Assembly: GCA_951406725.2 (NCBI GenBank)
Contig: OX597827.1
Span: 4,278,001 to 4,342,000, forward strand
Source: Octopus vulgaris
Taxonomy: Eukaryota
Direction of reading: 5' to 3'
Length of the DNA: 64,000 bases
Shown here: in pieces, positions 44,665 to 59,048 of the stretch
How the letters are laid out: every line of letters begins with the position of its first letter
Position numbering within the stretch: the first letter of the stretch is position 1
Notes under the pieces: generated by a model
What the model was told of the DNA's origin: nothing
The model's database searches: none
The model's input: only the letters and a program-made list of their open reading frames with translations
Made by a program: the position numbers and the translations under genes

Positions 44665-47380
44665 CCACTGCCAAACAAATGGTGTGATGAAGAGGCAGGA
44701 GGAAAGAAAGGAGTCTGGGCTGTGCATCGCCTCAAACAAAACTGTCCTTAATGAAGCTAAGCAACATCACTGTAGTCTCTTAACAATATGGCTAAACTTA
44801 AAGGATGTGTCCAACTCTGTCCCTCACTCACAGATGATAGAATCACTACACCATGCCAAAGTACCAGCTGCTATAATGAATACCATTGGACCACAACATG
44901 GTTCACACAGTTATCACTGACAGCTATTAAAGTAACACCTATTGTTATCAACAGAATCGAGCTATCAACAGGCATATTCCAGGGTGATAGTTTCTCTGTA
45001 ATGTTGTTTGTACTGGCAGTGAACCCCTTGTCAGTCCTGTTAAAAAATGCCAAAGCTACATGCTGGGATATGCAGAAAAGAATAAAATTAATGTCACCCA
45101 TACACTTTTTTGTATGGTAACATAAATAATATTAAGAGACAAAAACTAGTCACAACATTCTCATGGCACATAGGAATGCAGTTTGAGCAAGATAATTCCT
45201 CATACACGAGAGCCAACTGAGGAAAGATTGTCGACCGAATAGAGAACGTGTATATCAAAGGCTTGTCTATCTCCCCTACCCCTTATGATGAAAACTATAA
45301 CTATCTCAATATCAGTGAGAATGTTGCATAAAAAAGTACTTCTGTAGACTCCAGAAAATATGGAACTCAAAGTTGTCTACATTTCACAAGACCATATCTC
45401 AGTGCTTTTGCAGTGCCAGTGCTAGTACCAACATTTGAAATATTAAGCTGAACACTTGATAAGATCCACAGCCTGGACATCAAAACTAGAAAGGTACTGA
45501 CCAGCACTGGCAACTTACACATCACCAGTGACACTGAGAAGATCTATATGAGGTGAAGTGATGGTAGAAGAGGTAAAAGATCAGTCCAAACAGTCTTTGA
45601 ATGTCGCATTGTATCATTCAAACAACACCTGCTGGAAAGTAAAAAATTGTAATAGATACATTACATCTCATCTTTGCTATCCAGGAACTGAAAATAGCTA
45701 CTAAATACCTGATAAACAAGAGAAAAGATACCACCAAACCTCCATGTTGTGATAGAAAAGGTCACCTCTGCTATACTAGTGTGGAAGATATCACTTACAT
45801 CATCATCTGCCTCAAAATGTCTACAAGGGACTGCTTGACTGGCATGATAGTATACAATACTATATGCAGGAATGATTGCCCTGACATATACAAGGAGGTA
45901 CCCAAAAGTAACTGAAAATGTTCTCTGTAGGACAAGCTCATTGTAGTTCAGGCCTCTGCCACTAGAAGCCACACGATGCAACCCTCATGCATCAATCTGC
46001 CAACCAGTGTCATCATAGAGTCGTACAGCTATGTGGTGTGCCTTTGTTTTGCTGTGCTTCTCCCCTGTTCATTGATTTTTGCGATGGTTGAAACAAAAGA
46101 ACACTGTGCTTCCTTGAAATTCTGTTTTCTGTTGGGGAACCAAAACAGTTGTCATGCTTCAAAAAGTTTACAAGGACGCTGCCATGAACAAAACATAAGT
46201 TTATGAGTGGTTTTCACACTTTAGGAATGGTCACTTGTCACTTGAAGACCAACCACATTCAGGGCAACCGTTGAACTCCCAAACGAATGAAAACATCATG
46301 AAAATTTGTGAACCAGTCTTGGAGGACCATCACCAAACAACTGATGAACTTGTTGATATGACTAGTGCATTCTGGAGCTCCTACCATCAAATTTTGAGCA
46401 GGGAATTTTAAACAAAAAGTTTTGCAGCAAAATTTGTACCTCGTTGGCTCATGGAAGATCAAAAGCAGTCACAATTGAATGAATGTCATGAACTGAAAGA
46501 ACACTTGGAAGTTGGTCCCAACCTTTTTCCGAAGGTCATCACTGGTGACAAAAGCTGGTGCTATGGAATTTGTAGATGAAGAAGAGGTGAAGAAAAAATT
46601 GATGGAGGCATTAAAAGGCATCACTTTGTAGAACAGTGGAAAACACATCTGGACTGATGCATTGCTTCAAATGGAGAATACTTTGAAGGGGATAAAAGTG
46701 TAAAGTTGTAAAACTAAGGGGATAAAATAATATTGCAAAATTCTGGTTTCTTTTGGGCACCCCTTGTACATCAAAGGCATGTCATAACCAGAATGTATTT
46801 ACACCTTTAAAAACAAAGAATACTGGTGTAACACCCCAATAAAAACAGTGACTCAGCACAAACATAACAGAGGTGATATTGTTCTGTGGAACAGGGTACA
46901 AAAGTCATACACTGTTGTAGAGGTCAGCTGCCCAGTGGATGTAAATGTACCATCAAACGTCCTGGAAAAAGAGAACTTTTATGGTGAATTATTGTGGAAC
47001 TTACAGCTCTTATATCCTGACAATAAATTCTCGCTTGTACCTGTAATCACAGGTGCAGCAGGCTATGTACCTACAAATTTACACAAAATCCTAGAAATAT
47101 TAGGCTTTTTACAGAAAGCGCAAAAGAAACTGATACAGATTCTCTAAATCCAATCTATTAATGGCACTGTGAATATCTGTAAGGCATTCCAAAGATTCTC
47201 CATTTGTGAGTCTTTACATGAACAGATGCACACACTTGGGTATGTGCATCAACAGCTTCACCAATACACCAACTTGGTCACAGATTTACAAACACTGGGA
47301 ACTCTCTTAACTCAAAAACGTCGCTTTGTTAGTGACCAGCTTGAATTCTCTTCAGAATTTAACTAAATCTCAAAGAAAAG
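44665..47380 (+). mobile_element. Decayed R4/Dong-like (RLE-type) non-LTR retrotransposon, interrupted by a mariner
   Basis: RT motifs WLNLKDVSNSVPH (cf. WIDYKKAFDSVPH) and GIFQGDSFSVMLFVLAVNPLS; zinc-knuckle/RHD remnant near 45780-45860; C-terminal restriction-like endonuclease HNRGDIVL..VVEVSCPVD..EKENFY..L..VPVITGAAG (46848-47147); frameshifts and stops throughout. Confidence 0.85.
45889..46768 (+). mobile_element. Internally deleted mariner DNA transposon with TA target duplication
   Basis: Left end TA-caaggaggtacccaaaagtaactgaaa; right end ttctggtttcttttgggcaccccttg-TA; transposase remnants MVETKEHCASLKFCFLLG, VYEWFSHFRNG, KFVPRWL, ITGDKSWCYG, then CIASNGEYFEG; most of the catalytic domain is missing. 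Confidence 0.9.
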
Positions 47381-49620
47381 TCATATTTACACACACATAT
47401 ATATATATATGTATGTATGTGTATACCATATGAAATACAACTGCTAAAGATACAATTTTGTGATTTCAATTTGTTTCGTCATTGTCCTTATTTTCTAAGT
47501 ATTTTATATTTTTGCATGTTTTGTTTTTATTCCACTGTCTTGTAATTTTGGGTTATAATTATAGTTTATAAGCAGGTTGTAGAAGTGAAGTAGAAACCAC
47601 CAAACAGATAAAATTGAATTCAGTATGAAGACATGGTTCTTCTTGCATTGATTTTTTTCTCACCTTTGTAGAAAATAACAAAAACTACTAAATTGAAAGA
47701 GATTGTATTTTTTTTCCTTTTTTTACATAAAAACTTTATTTGTAAATTACATGGGTTTTCAGTTTTTTCTTTTGTTTGTCTTGAGGTTGTCTTTTTTGTC
47801 TTTGTACTTTTTTATTTTTCTTTCTTTAATTTTGAATTTTTTTTTTTGGTCAATTCATTTTTGTTCTTTAAGATTCTTACATAATGTTTATATTTTTTAA
47901 GAAGTTGTGGGGGAGGAGAATATGTTGATAGCTTGCCTGCACTGATAGGCTCAGCTTACCGAATGATGAATTATTATTATTATTATATTTCATTTTTTTT
48001 GTTTTTTGGGGAATAAAGTTTCAAATGATCACAAAAATAATTTGTTTTCTCTATCATAATAATTGTTTTATTTATTTGTTTTTTTAATTTTCAAGAGGGG
48101 TTTTTTAAAAGCAGCAGAATAATTTTCTTGTTGACTATTGCAAGAATAAATACAAGTTGATGGTAAATGAAATCAGAGAAGATATTATTATCTGGCAATA
48201 GGTAAAAAGAGCTGAGTGTCAAGGCATAACAGGAAACCAAGAACATTCAATGTTGAAAGAAATAGCCATCAAAGCAACAGAAGTCGCAACTTTTTTATAA
48301 GGATTCTAACTGGTAATGGCAATGTTTTTCTTTTTACAGTTAGAATCACAATTTTTTTTATTTTTTACTCCCTCAAATCAAATAAACAAATCTAATGAGT
48401 TATATCAATATTATTTTTTTTTCCTTCAAGGTTAAAATAAAATTATAACAATAGCAATAGCAACAATGATTAATAACATTAATTAATGTAATTAAACAAA
48501 ACAAAGAAACACTACAAAAACAAAACAAACTACAGAAGGACAAACATTATACAACAGTGAGAACGATAACAACAAGAGCTAGAAAATATAAATACGTAAA
48601 AAAAAAAAAATAATAATAATAAGGGATAAAGTTGAATTCTGTTGAGGTTTACTTCCAAAGGTAGAGTTAAACCAGCTGTCCAGTAAATGAAGTGATCTGT
48701 AGAGATCCGAGGAAGAGTGGAGGACAGCAGAATGTAACTACATAGACTATCACAGATCAATAGAAAAGAGCAACAATTGTGAAGAGCTCTGCTGTAGATA
48801 TTTTGGATAGAGACACTACAGTGAATACTTTAAACAAATTATGGATATGCAGTGAGAACCAAAATTTTGGACAGATTGTATGATTGTAAGAGTGAAAAAT
48901 TGATTTCAGCTCAGTCGAAGCCAACAATAAGCCAAGAAGCAAGCTTTTTAATGCGGTTGCTTTAACATACTCACTGTGGCAACCAAATATCTCCCTCATT
49001 AAATTTCCAAACAACTTTAATTTAGGACAACAATGCTGTAAATCCTAAATTTTAGGACAGCATACTCTGCAATAAAACAAGTTAGCCACAGCAAAAGAAA
49101 AAAATTAATGCAGATCAATTGCTTATTTTGATCAGATATTCTTTTGCACCCAAGCAGGGTTGTCTAGGCTTTTCTGTAGCCATGAAATAATTATACTTTG
49201 ATACTTGAGCATGATCTGGCAGAAAACAATTGTAATAACAAGAATTATTATAATAATACTAATACTGGTGGTAATTCTTTTAACAAAAATCACAATGATT
49301 GTTTTGTGTTTTCTTAGATGAACATACTTATTTATAGGTGAATTGAAATAAGATTGTAAAATGTTTATGTTTTGTTTTTTGTCAATGGCAATAGTGATGT
49401 GATTCAAGTAAAATGACTACAACCAAGAATCAAAATCCAGGTTGCAGTCTTGTGTCACAGACAGTTAAAGTCAGTGTGAGGTGGTGCTTACAACAATTAA
49501 ATAATGACGATGATGATGATGATGGTGGTGGTGGTGGTGGTGGAGGTGGTGGTGGTGATGGTGATGGTTGTAGTGGTGGTTGTGGTGATAGCGGTGGTGG
49601 TGATGGTGATGATGAGGGTA

Positions 49621-49669
<49 letters not shown>

Positions 49670-49704
49670 TAATGATTATGATAATTTTTATTATCATTTG
49701 TAAC

Positions 49705-49910
49705 ATAGCCATAAGGCCACATATTTTAGAGGAAGAGCATAATCAAGTAAATCAATCCAGTGTTTAACTGGTACTTTATTTTATCAATTTGGAAGGATCA
49801 AAGGCAAAGTCAGTCCTAGCACATAGGATTTGGACTCCAAACGTAAAGTGACAAAACCAAATACCACAAGGCATTTTGTTTAGCTCTCTACCAATTCTTC
49901 AACTCCACAC

Positions 49911-49957
<47 letters not shown>

Positions 49958-49978
49958 GTGACAATAATAATAGAAATG

Positions 49979-50034
<56 letters not shown>

Positions 50035-51696
50035 TGGCACAAAGCCACTATTTTGAAAGGGGAGGGTTATAGTTAATTATATTGCCCTCAATAGTTTTCT
50101 GGTACTTATTTTATTGATCCCAGAAAGAATAAAGGCAAAATCAGCCCTGTGGAGGTATTTCAAATTAGAACATAGAGGATGTAACTAAATACCTTAAGGC
50201 ATATCATCCTATGTTCTGTTTTTTAGTTATTTTTTTTTACTCCTAGAATAGTGATAAAATGAAGAAGTAAAAGACAAGATGAAGAATATGATTTCTATTT
50301 TGGGATGTAGGGCCATGAATTTTTAAGGGAGCCATATAATCAAATGAATCCACCTTAATATTTTCTAGATTCTTATTTTATCACATCCCCCTCACTCAGG
50401 AGGTTAAAAAGAGTTGGCACCAATGGAATTTGAACTTAGAAGCATGAAGCAAGAAAACTGATACTCTATCGAAGAATTTAGACTAGTTTTCTACCATCTG
50501 AGCTAATGACACAAACTTAGTCAATGATGGTATCTTACCGTGGTACAGTACCACAAATTGATTAAATTGACTTGAGAACATGCATGATACTTAATTCATT
50601 GACTGTACCAAAGAATTTAGAAAAGAAAGAAATGAAGGTAAAACCAACCTTAGCTGGACTTGAACAGAGAATGCCGAGGTAAAAAACCAAGTAGATAGGT
50701 ATCCATAATTTGAAGCAACTTAATCTACCCTCTACCCATTAGGGGTGAACAGCAAAGTAATAATAATTATTATTATTTCTAATTTTGGCACAAGGCCAGC
50801 AATTTTGGACTATGAAGAGCAGCAAACAGAGCTGCTCTCTGTAGTAGTTTGGTGAAAGCACACAATAAAAATAAGACCACTGAATAATAATGACAATCAT
50901 AATAGGAAATAAGATGATGATGACGATGTCAAAGATGGTCCTGAGGATAATCCTCAAACAGATGAGGATGATAATGATGATGGTGAGGAGAGGGAAGGGG
51001 AAAGGAGGAAAAAGAAGGAAGATAATAGATATATAGAAATAGATCCTTAAAATGATGGGAAAGCTGACATGGGTATCAGTGCAATATAAGAATAAAAGGA
51101 AATGATTCTAGCTGGTACTCATAACAAAGACACTGTCATACTATTATATGCAATGCTGCCTGCCACAACAACAATAACAGGAATAATAACAATTATATAA
51201 TAATAATAATGATAGTCTCTTTTAACTCAAGACAAGGCCAAATTTTGCAGGGGTGGGAGGACACAATAGAATTGATTGCAATATATTACTAGTTGTTATT
51301 TTATTAAATTCAGAAGTATAAAAGGCAAAGACAAGCTTATGGGGTGATATGAACACAGAACATAGACTCAAGGTATCAGATACTGTAAAGCTTCTCTGTC
51401 ATCAGTCTCTCTGCTGCTGCTGTCCATTGCCCTATAATAATGGTAATAATGATAGTTTTTCACATTGGCACAAGGCCATGAATTCTTTTGTGTATGTGTT
51501 TGGTGGGGATTATAACAGTCGATTAAATTTATGTCAGAAGATATCTGGTATTTTATCAACCCAGTGGGATGAAAGACAAAGTCAACTCTGGCTGGATTTG
51601 AACACTTAAGGGTGGAAACTAAATATCAAAATACATTTAGTTCAGTGTTCACTGTTTTGTTTTGTGTTTTTTTACATCAACTCCATTGCCATACTA

Positions 51697-51730
<34 letters not shown>

Positions 51731-52485
51731 GTAATTGTTTCTAACATAGGCACAAGGCCAAAAATTGTGGGGTGGGATTAGTTGATACTATTGACTCTGG
51801 TATTTGACTAGTACTTTATTTCATCAACCCTGAAAGGATGAAAGGCAAAGTTGACGTTGGCTGAATTTGAACTCAGAATGTAAAAGACTGGAACAAACAC
51901 TATGAGGCATGTTTTCTGATGCTCTAACAATTCTGCCAAACCACCATACTAAATAATAATAATAATAATTGTTTCTAATTTAGGCATAAAGCCAGCACCC
52001 AAAGTAGTAGTAGTAGTAGTAGTAGCAGAGATGTTTGCAAGACAGTGCTATGAATATTCCTTTTGATTCAACACTAGTTCTATAACAGGTAATACATCTG
52101 AAAGAATCTAATCTCCAGAACAATGTGAAATTAGGTAGAAAGAAGCATCCTGCCCACAGACACAACGAAATAAAAGTAGATAGATATGAACAGACAAGCA
52201 AAGAGCCAGAAGCTCGATATCTTATCTACCGACTGTTTCAGGTCAACAGTAATATTAATAATAATGGTTTCTAACATAGGCTCAAGGCCACGGATTTGTA
52301 GAGACCAGTTGATTAAATTGATCCCAGTACTTGACTCTGGTAAATAATTCATCGACACAGCCCTTCCCGCCACCATAAGGACGAAAGGCAAAGTCGACCT
52401 TGACGGGTTTTAATACAGAATATAAAGAGAAACAACTAAATACCACAAGGCATTTCAGTGTACCCTCTACTGATTCAGCCATCCA
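49705..52485 (-). repeat. Cluster of about 8 family D SINEs plus tail fragments, all in one orientation, mostly separated by (AAT)n
   Basis: Recurring plus-strand pattern (aat)n-tttctaa..ggcacaaggcc..ggtact..ttat..aaggatgaaaggcaaagt..atttgaactcagaa near 49710, 50035, 50300, 50530, 51230, 51465, 51740 and 52270; tail-only fragments near 50778 and 51972. Confidence 0.8.
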
Positions 52486-53210
52486 ATAATAATAATAATA
52501 ATAAATGATAATAAATGATATCTAATAGACAGAAAGTAGTTTGGTAAATTGGATATAAAATATCAAGCATAATAATAGTAGGGATCACAAGACTCTGAAA
52601 TTGGTTACCAGCTAATTACTAATCAATTTAAAATAATCAAAACCAGTTGGCTATTATCTCAGATTCTTCGGTATCATAGTAAGTTCAGTATCATAATAAA
52701 CAAACTGATCCATCACAAAAATGCATTTGTTGTTTTATTTCTAATCAATAGAATATGAGGCAAGAGTTAGGACCCAAATAAATATTGTATGTCAAGGGGC
52801 TACAAACAAGCTAGTTTTGCCATTGCTTCAAGTTGATTTTCACCAAATGAAAAAAGATGAAAATGTTCAAATATTTAAATAAGACAACCTCAACAAATAT
52901 TAAAAAACAAAAGTTTCACTTCACAAAAACTTCACAAGAAAAGGGTTGCCTGAAATTAATGATGACTATAAAGTTTATATCAGAATCAAAATGTTCAAAT
53001 CTATGAAATTAGAATATAATAAATATAGGAATCTATACAGTTAGAAGATTAGAAACAAGATGTATATAAGATCTGTGTTTAACAAATATGCTTGAGGTTA
53101 TATTTGTGTATAACAAAGATGTAAGAAGTTATAAAATGATTGTATAACAAAGAGAAGCTGTAAGATTACCATTTATATATTTTATGTGTGTATATGTATA
53201 TATATGTATG

Positions 53211-53306
<96 letters not shown>

Positions 53307-55611
53307 TACATATACATATATACATATATATACATATATATGTATATATATATGTATATATATAAAACAAAGATATATTGGTTAATGTACAACGAAGATG
53401 AAGGAGAATAGTATTTTAATAAATGTGTAGATAAGCCTATGAAAGCAGCTATAGACCTGAGTAGCTAACAAAGGCATTTCACAACCAATCTAAAATAAGT
53501 TCTGTACCAAAATATAGTGGCACCTACGGATGGACTTTTTTTTTTAGAATTTTTGATAAAGAATAAAAAGTAAACTATATCTGAAATTTAGGGGAGGGAA
53601 TATTAACTAAACTGTATCCGAAATGGAGAATGTTATCATCATATATTCAATATATTCTCAAAATATCTTCATTCTGTAGTCTTCTTTTGTGCAATCATCA
53701 ATATCATGTGATGAGGAAGTCAAACGACCAAGCTTACATTAGCTAAGACCAAAAATGTTTCCTGGTATATCCAACATATTGGATTGTGTTTTACCAGATC
53801 TGTACAATATCATGATTTCATACTAATTAACACAATTTTTTTTTAATTTTGATTTTTTTTTTTCTTTGTTGTTAAATCTACACAAAATTCTTTTTGGAAG
53901 AAATGATTAAATTGAAATCATAAATGCTAAAAGATCTGAAATAAACAGAATTTTTCAACACAAAACAAAATATACTCCATGATTAAGTATAAAAGGCCTT
54001 ACAAATATTGTAATGTCTATTTTATAGTGGACGATACTGTTTTTTTTTTAATACTTTTTTTTAATGTTGATTTTTTTAACGCCAGTACTATAACTATCCA
54101 TAGGTATTCTCAAATTAGTTCTGTATTGCCCTAGAGTAGTGAAAAGAATAATTCTATTAAGTCTTAGCAGCAATTTAGTGATTGGTTTTATGGTCGGTGA
54201 TTCTGAATGTAGGTCAATAACTTACAAGACTTTCTGTCTTGAACTGACAACACATTCAGCACAAATTTATTAATAACATTCAGAACTGGCCATCAAACTG
54301 GGCCTGTCTCTTCTGAAGACGCAAAGCTCTTTTATAACATCACAATAACTAACTCACATCTCACTTCCCTGAATTATCTCGACAATTGACCAATACAATT
54401 TATGTTTTAGTCAATTAATGAAAATAGATTGGAATGGTTAGATACAATTTTAATCTAATTTGTAATAGAAAATATCATAACAAGTTGTTATTTTTTTTGG
54501 TTGGTTTACTTTTTTGTTCTTTTTTTGTTCTTTTTGTTCCTTTTTTATCTTTTTTCTTTTTTCTTTTCTTTTTTTTACAAAAAAATTGAATCCCAATAAC
54601 GCTTTTCTAAAGCTATGCTCCTTGAATCAGATCACTGACTGAGATAGCAAAGGAAATATTAAATGTACAATATCCCCATAATTTTTAGGAAGAGAGGCCA
54701 TACATGGAATGTGTCTGGTCAGTCTCTGGCTATTGGTTCTTTTTTTTATTTGGAAAAAAATATGTGGAAGCCAAGAAGCAGAACATTGCAAAGTATATGC
54801 GCTTTTATCTATCATGGACATTTAGTTGCATTTGGAGATATACATGCTCACTGAAGCAGAGCGTTGGAAACAGGGATATAACTCCATAACCAGATACACA
54901 GTTCATTAGTTGAGTTAGAATTCCAGTAAGAACTTCATGAACTGCTTGACTAACTAAACTAAAGTTCTAAATAGAGGAGATTTGAATTCAACAAGGCTAC
55001 TAATATATACCAATAGCCAGAGTCTGAGAAATGACCAAAGAAATAAAGTGGCCACTGTTTTAATGGTTATGAATTCAACAGTTATTATCATCTAGAAAAC
55101 TTTTGCATTAGTGCATATATTCAATATCTCAGAAGATAGAATAGCTGCTATTATCAAGAGCTTTCCACCATGATAATAACTTTAAAAATAAATTTAAAAA
55201 AAAAAGTTGATTCTTTTTCAGTCTTTCAAACATTTGTTTGAATTATAGATTTTGGATGGAAATGTTTTTGCCCAATAAATTTCTTCAAAGTTATATATTG
55301 AAAGATACCACAAACGTTTCTGACTCCATTTCATAATGTTTGTAACAAAATTGAAAATTGTAACTTTGACATAAAAATAACATTATGATTATAGTAAACC
55401 AGAAGTTTACAATTAACATTTTCTTGAAAACATAAAAATTGCAGACTTTCTCTTTATACTCTTAATAACATTCATGGTTATATAAAATGGTCATGTTTAC
55501 TGCTGGGAAGAAATACTAATTTCATATATATATGCATGTAAATGTCTATGTATTCGTACACATATATATGATGTATATATATATATATATATATACATAC
55601 ATACATATATA

Positions 55612-55659
<48 letters not shown>

Positions 55660-55711
55660 CATACATACATATTCATACATATATATATATATATATATAC
55701 ATACATACATA

Positions 55712-55760
<49 letters not shown>

Positions 55761-56022
55761 TATGTATGTACATATATATATATATATATACAGTTGAGGA
55801 AATAGAAGTCTAGAGACACAACCAATAATAGATTGTATAATGTAGGTAATGGGCTGGTTTAAAATAAAAATAATTCTTAGAAAGATAGTATTTTCTCCTC
55901 AGTTTATCTTTTGTTTGTTTTTCCAGAAATATCTGTCAGAAAACATCTAAGAATATTTGTATTCTTTTTCTCATTCTCTCATTCATTCTATTTCTGTCTC
56001 TCTTTCATTGTTTTTTTTTTTT

Positions 56023-56234
56023 TTATGTGTTGGGTGCTTTTGGTGCTGATGGTAAAGATTTAGGGTAAACATTAAAACTGTTCCTCATGGGAAGATTCCA
56101 CAGCAATGATGAACTAGGGCTGTTTACTCGGATTATTTTTGCATCGTTACAATCTTTGAAATTACTTTTTTGACTAGTAATAGGTTGTTGAGATAAACAA
56201 ACGTTATCTATGTTGAAGACCTGTTCCAGCTGAC
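56023..56234 (-). CDS. Terminal coding exon of gene A: (C)QLEQVFNIDNVCLSQQPITSQKSNF...PKSLPSAPKAPNT*
   Basis: Strong acceptor ttcttttgtttttgcag; phase-1 start; open for 70 codons to TAA; followed by SINE-poor, UTR-like sequence toward about 52.6 kb. Confidence 0.75.
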
Positions 56235-57026
56235 CTGCAAAAACAAAAGAAACCATATTGAAATACCGCTTTTCAAAAGTTTACAAATGTCTTTGCACAC
56301 ATATACACACATGTGTGCATGTATACAAACATACATACATACATACATGCATAAATACATGCATACATACATACATACATACATACTTACATACATACAT
56401 ACATACATACATGCATACATATATACATACATACATACATACATACATACATACATACATACATACATACATACATACATGCATACATATATACATACAT
56501 ACATACATACATACATGCATGCATACATACATACATACATACATACATACATACATAAATACACACACATACACACACATATATGTTTGTATGTGTATGA
56601 ACCAAGAATAAAATTATTTATTTACTTAAAGCAATGAAACAAAATTTATTTGATCTCACTATAAACAAATATTAGATTATCTTAAATGAAATTTTTGTGT
56701 ACCTGTTCTTACACCTGGAATGATGCAAAGAAATTGAATAAATGGAAGGTACTCAAGGGATGTTAATCAATCGATAGTTTGAAAAGAGAAAAAAATAATT
56801 CTTACAACAAAAAAAGGAAGATAAAGCAATACAAAAATTAAATGAGCCAATATGATTATAGTTAGACAGAATACAAAAATTGCTAAAGAAGTTAGCCAAC
56901 TTAATGCAATAGGAAATTAGTTCCCACATAAGATATTTTCAAAGCAATAAAACAGACCTACTCTTTGATATATGTGCAATGTATATTTTCTTGACAAAAA
57001 TATATTTCATTAATTTCATTTATTCA

Positions 57027-57235
57027 TTTACTTGTTTCAATCATTTGACTGTAGCCATGTTGGAGTACGACCTTTAGTCAAAGAAATCAACCCCAGGAAT
57101 TATTCTTTGTAAGCCTAGTACTTATTCTATCGGTCTCTTTTGTCAAACCACTAAGTTACGAAGGCGTAAACACACCAACATCGATTGTCAAGCGATGGTG
57201 TGGGAACAAGAACAGACACACAGACAAATATATAC

Positions 57236-57281
<46 letters not shown>

Positions 57282-57443
57282 GATGAGCTTCTTTCAGTTT
57301 CCATCTACCAAATCCACTCACAAGGCTTTGGTCAGTCTGAGGCTATAGTAGAAGACACTTGCCCAAAGTGCCATGCAATGACACTGAACCTGGAACCATG
57401 TAGTTGAGAAGCAAGCTTCTTACCACACAGCCAATCCTGTGCC
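57027..57443 (-). mobile_element. SINE family A in an intron of gene A
   Basis: Alignable over its whole length to 20972-21397. Confidence 0.85.
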
Positions 57444-58028
57444 TATTTACACAGTTCTTTGGGTGTTTTTTTAAAACTATTATTGAAATAGATATTTTAA
57501 AAAATATATTCTGCAATTAATAAACAAAAGTCACAGAAGTAATATATGTAACAGTAAATCTACATTATGTAAATGGTTATAATTAAATATTGTATATACT
57601 ACAACACATATGAATAATGTATAAATCTGAATAAATTATAATATATTATATAGAAATAAAAATGTATACAGACAATAATGAAGAATGTATATCATGCAAA
57701 AGAAATTGAGAAAAATATTTCTATATTCATACGACCATGTCTACTTGAGGATGTACAAGGTTGTTAGTACTTGTTGTCTATAACTGAGGTACTAAGCTAC
57801 AAATAACATTCATCCATTAATGAATACTGAATATTTCTAATGTAATTATTCAACTAATGAAGTGGTTCACACTCAAGCTAAACTAGTGAATATCGTCTCT
57901 TGTATAAAAGAAAACAGCAATAACTTGATCATCTTTTAACAAGAAGAAAATTACAGTTGTTCATTTTCTGAAGTAGAATGAATATTTGATGGAAAAATAA
58001 AAACAATGTGGTGTACATTTTACTTTAC

Positions 58029-58082
58029 AGATATGTTCTCTACATGAAGATGGTAGAATATTTGGATTCTGGGTGGTCAGGT
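58029..58082 (-). CDS. Small symmetric coding exon (phase 1 to 1) of gene A: (Y)LTTQNPNILPSSCREHI
   Basis: Acceptor ttacatttag, donor T|gtaaag; 54 nt open; phases match both neighbouring exons. Confidence 0.55.
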
Positions 58083-58149
58083 CTAAATGTAACAGGGACA
58101 ATCTCTATGTTACAGATGGTATTTCTTTTCGCTTCTTTTTTTATGTATC

Positions 58150-58538
58150 TTGTTTTACTCATTGGATTGCAGCCATGCTGAGGATGCACCTTGAAAGGTT
58201 TAGTTTGACAAATTGATCCCAGTATTTATTTATTCTGTTTGGTATTTATTTGATCAGTATCTTTTCGCTGAACAGTGAAGTTATGGGGACATAAACAAAC
58301 CAATACCCAGTGCCATGTGGTGGTTGGGGACAAACACAAACATAGACATACACACATACATGCATGCACACATACACACACGCACACACACACGAGCCCC
58401 CAGACAGTTTCCATTTACTAAACTCACAAGGCATTGGTCAGCTAAAAGCTATTGTAGAAGACACAGTGCCATACAGTAGGACTGAACCCAAAACTATGAG
58501 GTTGCTAAACAAGCTTCTTTACCACACAGCCATGCCTG
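58150..58538 (-). mobile_element. Older SINE family A copy
   Basis: Degenerate but colinear with family A; other partial copies near 755-860, 6320-6420, 9655-9755, 14300-14430, 17600-17725, 24427-24575, 27480-27575, 32060-32210, 35730-35890 and 63810-63960. Confidence 0.7.
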
Positions 58539-58564
58539 TTGGAAGCAATATATACATACATACA

Positions 58565-58600
<36 letters not shown>

Positions 58601-58909
58601 TGTATGTATGTATGTATGTATGTATGTATGTATGTATGTATGTATGTATGTATGTATGTATGTATGTATGTATGTATGTATGTATGTATGAATATAAAAT
58701 TACATGTATGCATGCCTAGTCATAGTTTCCTAAAACGATTTTAAAAAATAAGATGCATAACATTTTCACAATATATACCAATTTATATATCAAAATATTT
58801 AATTATGCATTAATTTATCCTCAAATAGTTTCATAGCCATGCCACATTGAAGACAACACAAATATATACAGAAATATACAGTCTAAGATATATAAGAAGC
58901 GAAACATAC

Positions 58910-59048
58910 ATGGGAGTTCCTCGTAATATCCTGTGCTTTCCATACTTGAGCCATGTCCACTGTCAGTTCGAGACATCTCAGTAAAGGGTTCACGTGAGAT
59001 AATCACATGATCTTCTACTGTGTCTACAACTGACAGTACTGTTGCTTC
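58910..59048 (-). CDS. Internal coding exon (phase 0 to 1) of gene A: EATVLSVVDTVEDHVIISREPFTEMSRTDSGHGSSMESTGYYEELP
   Basis: Acceptor ttaattcccag, donor CCAT|gtatgt; 139 nt open; GC content above the flanks; protein-like composition. Confidence 0.75.

Noticed and set aside
48665-48682. aaccagctgt resembling the 3' end of miR-133
   Set aside because: The seed region is absent and there is no precursor hairpin.
49705-52485. CRISPR-like repeat-spacer appearance
   Set aside because: The units are homologous SINE copies of about 200 bp with triplet spacers; the context is eukaryotic and there are no cas genes.
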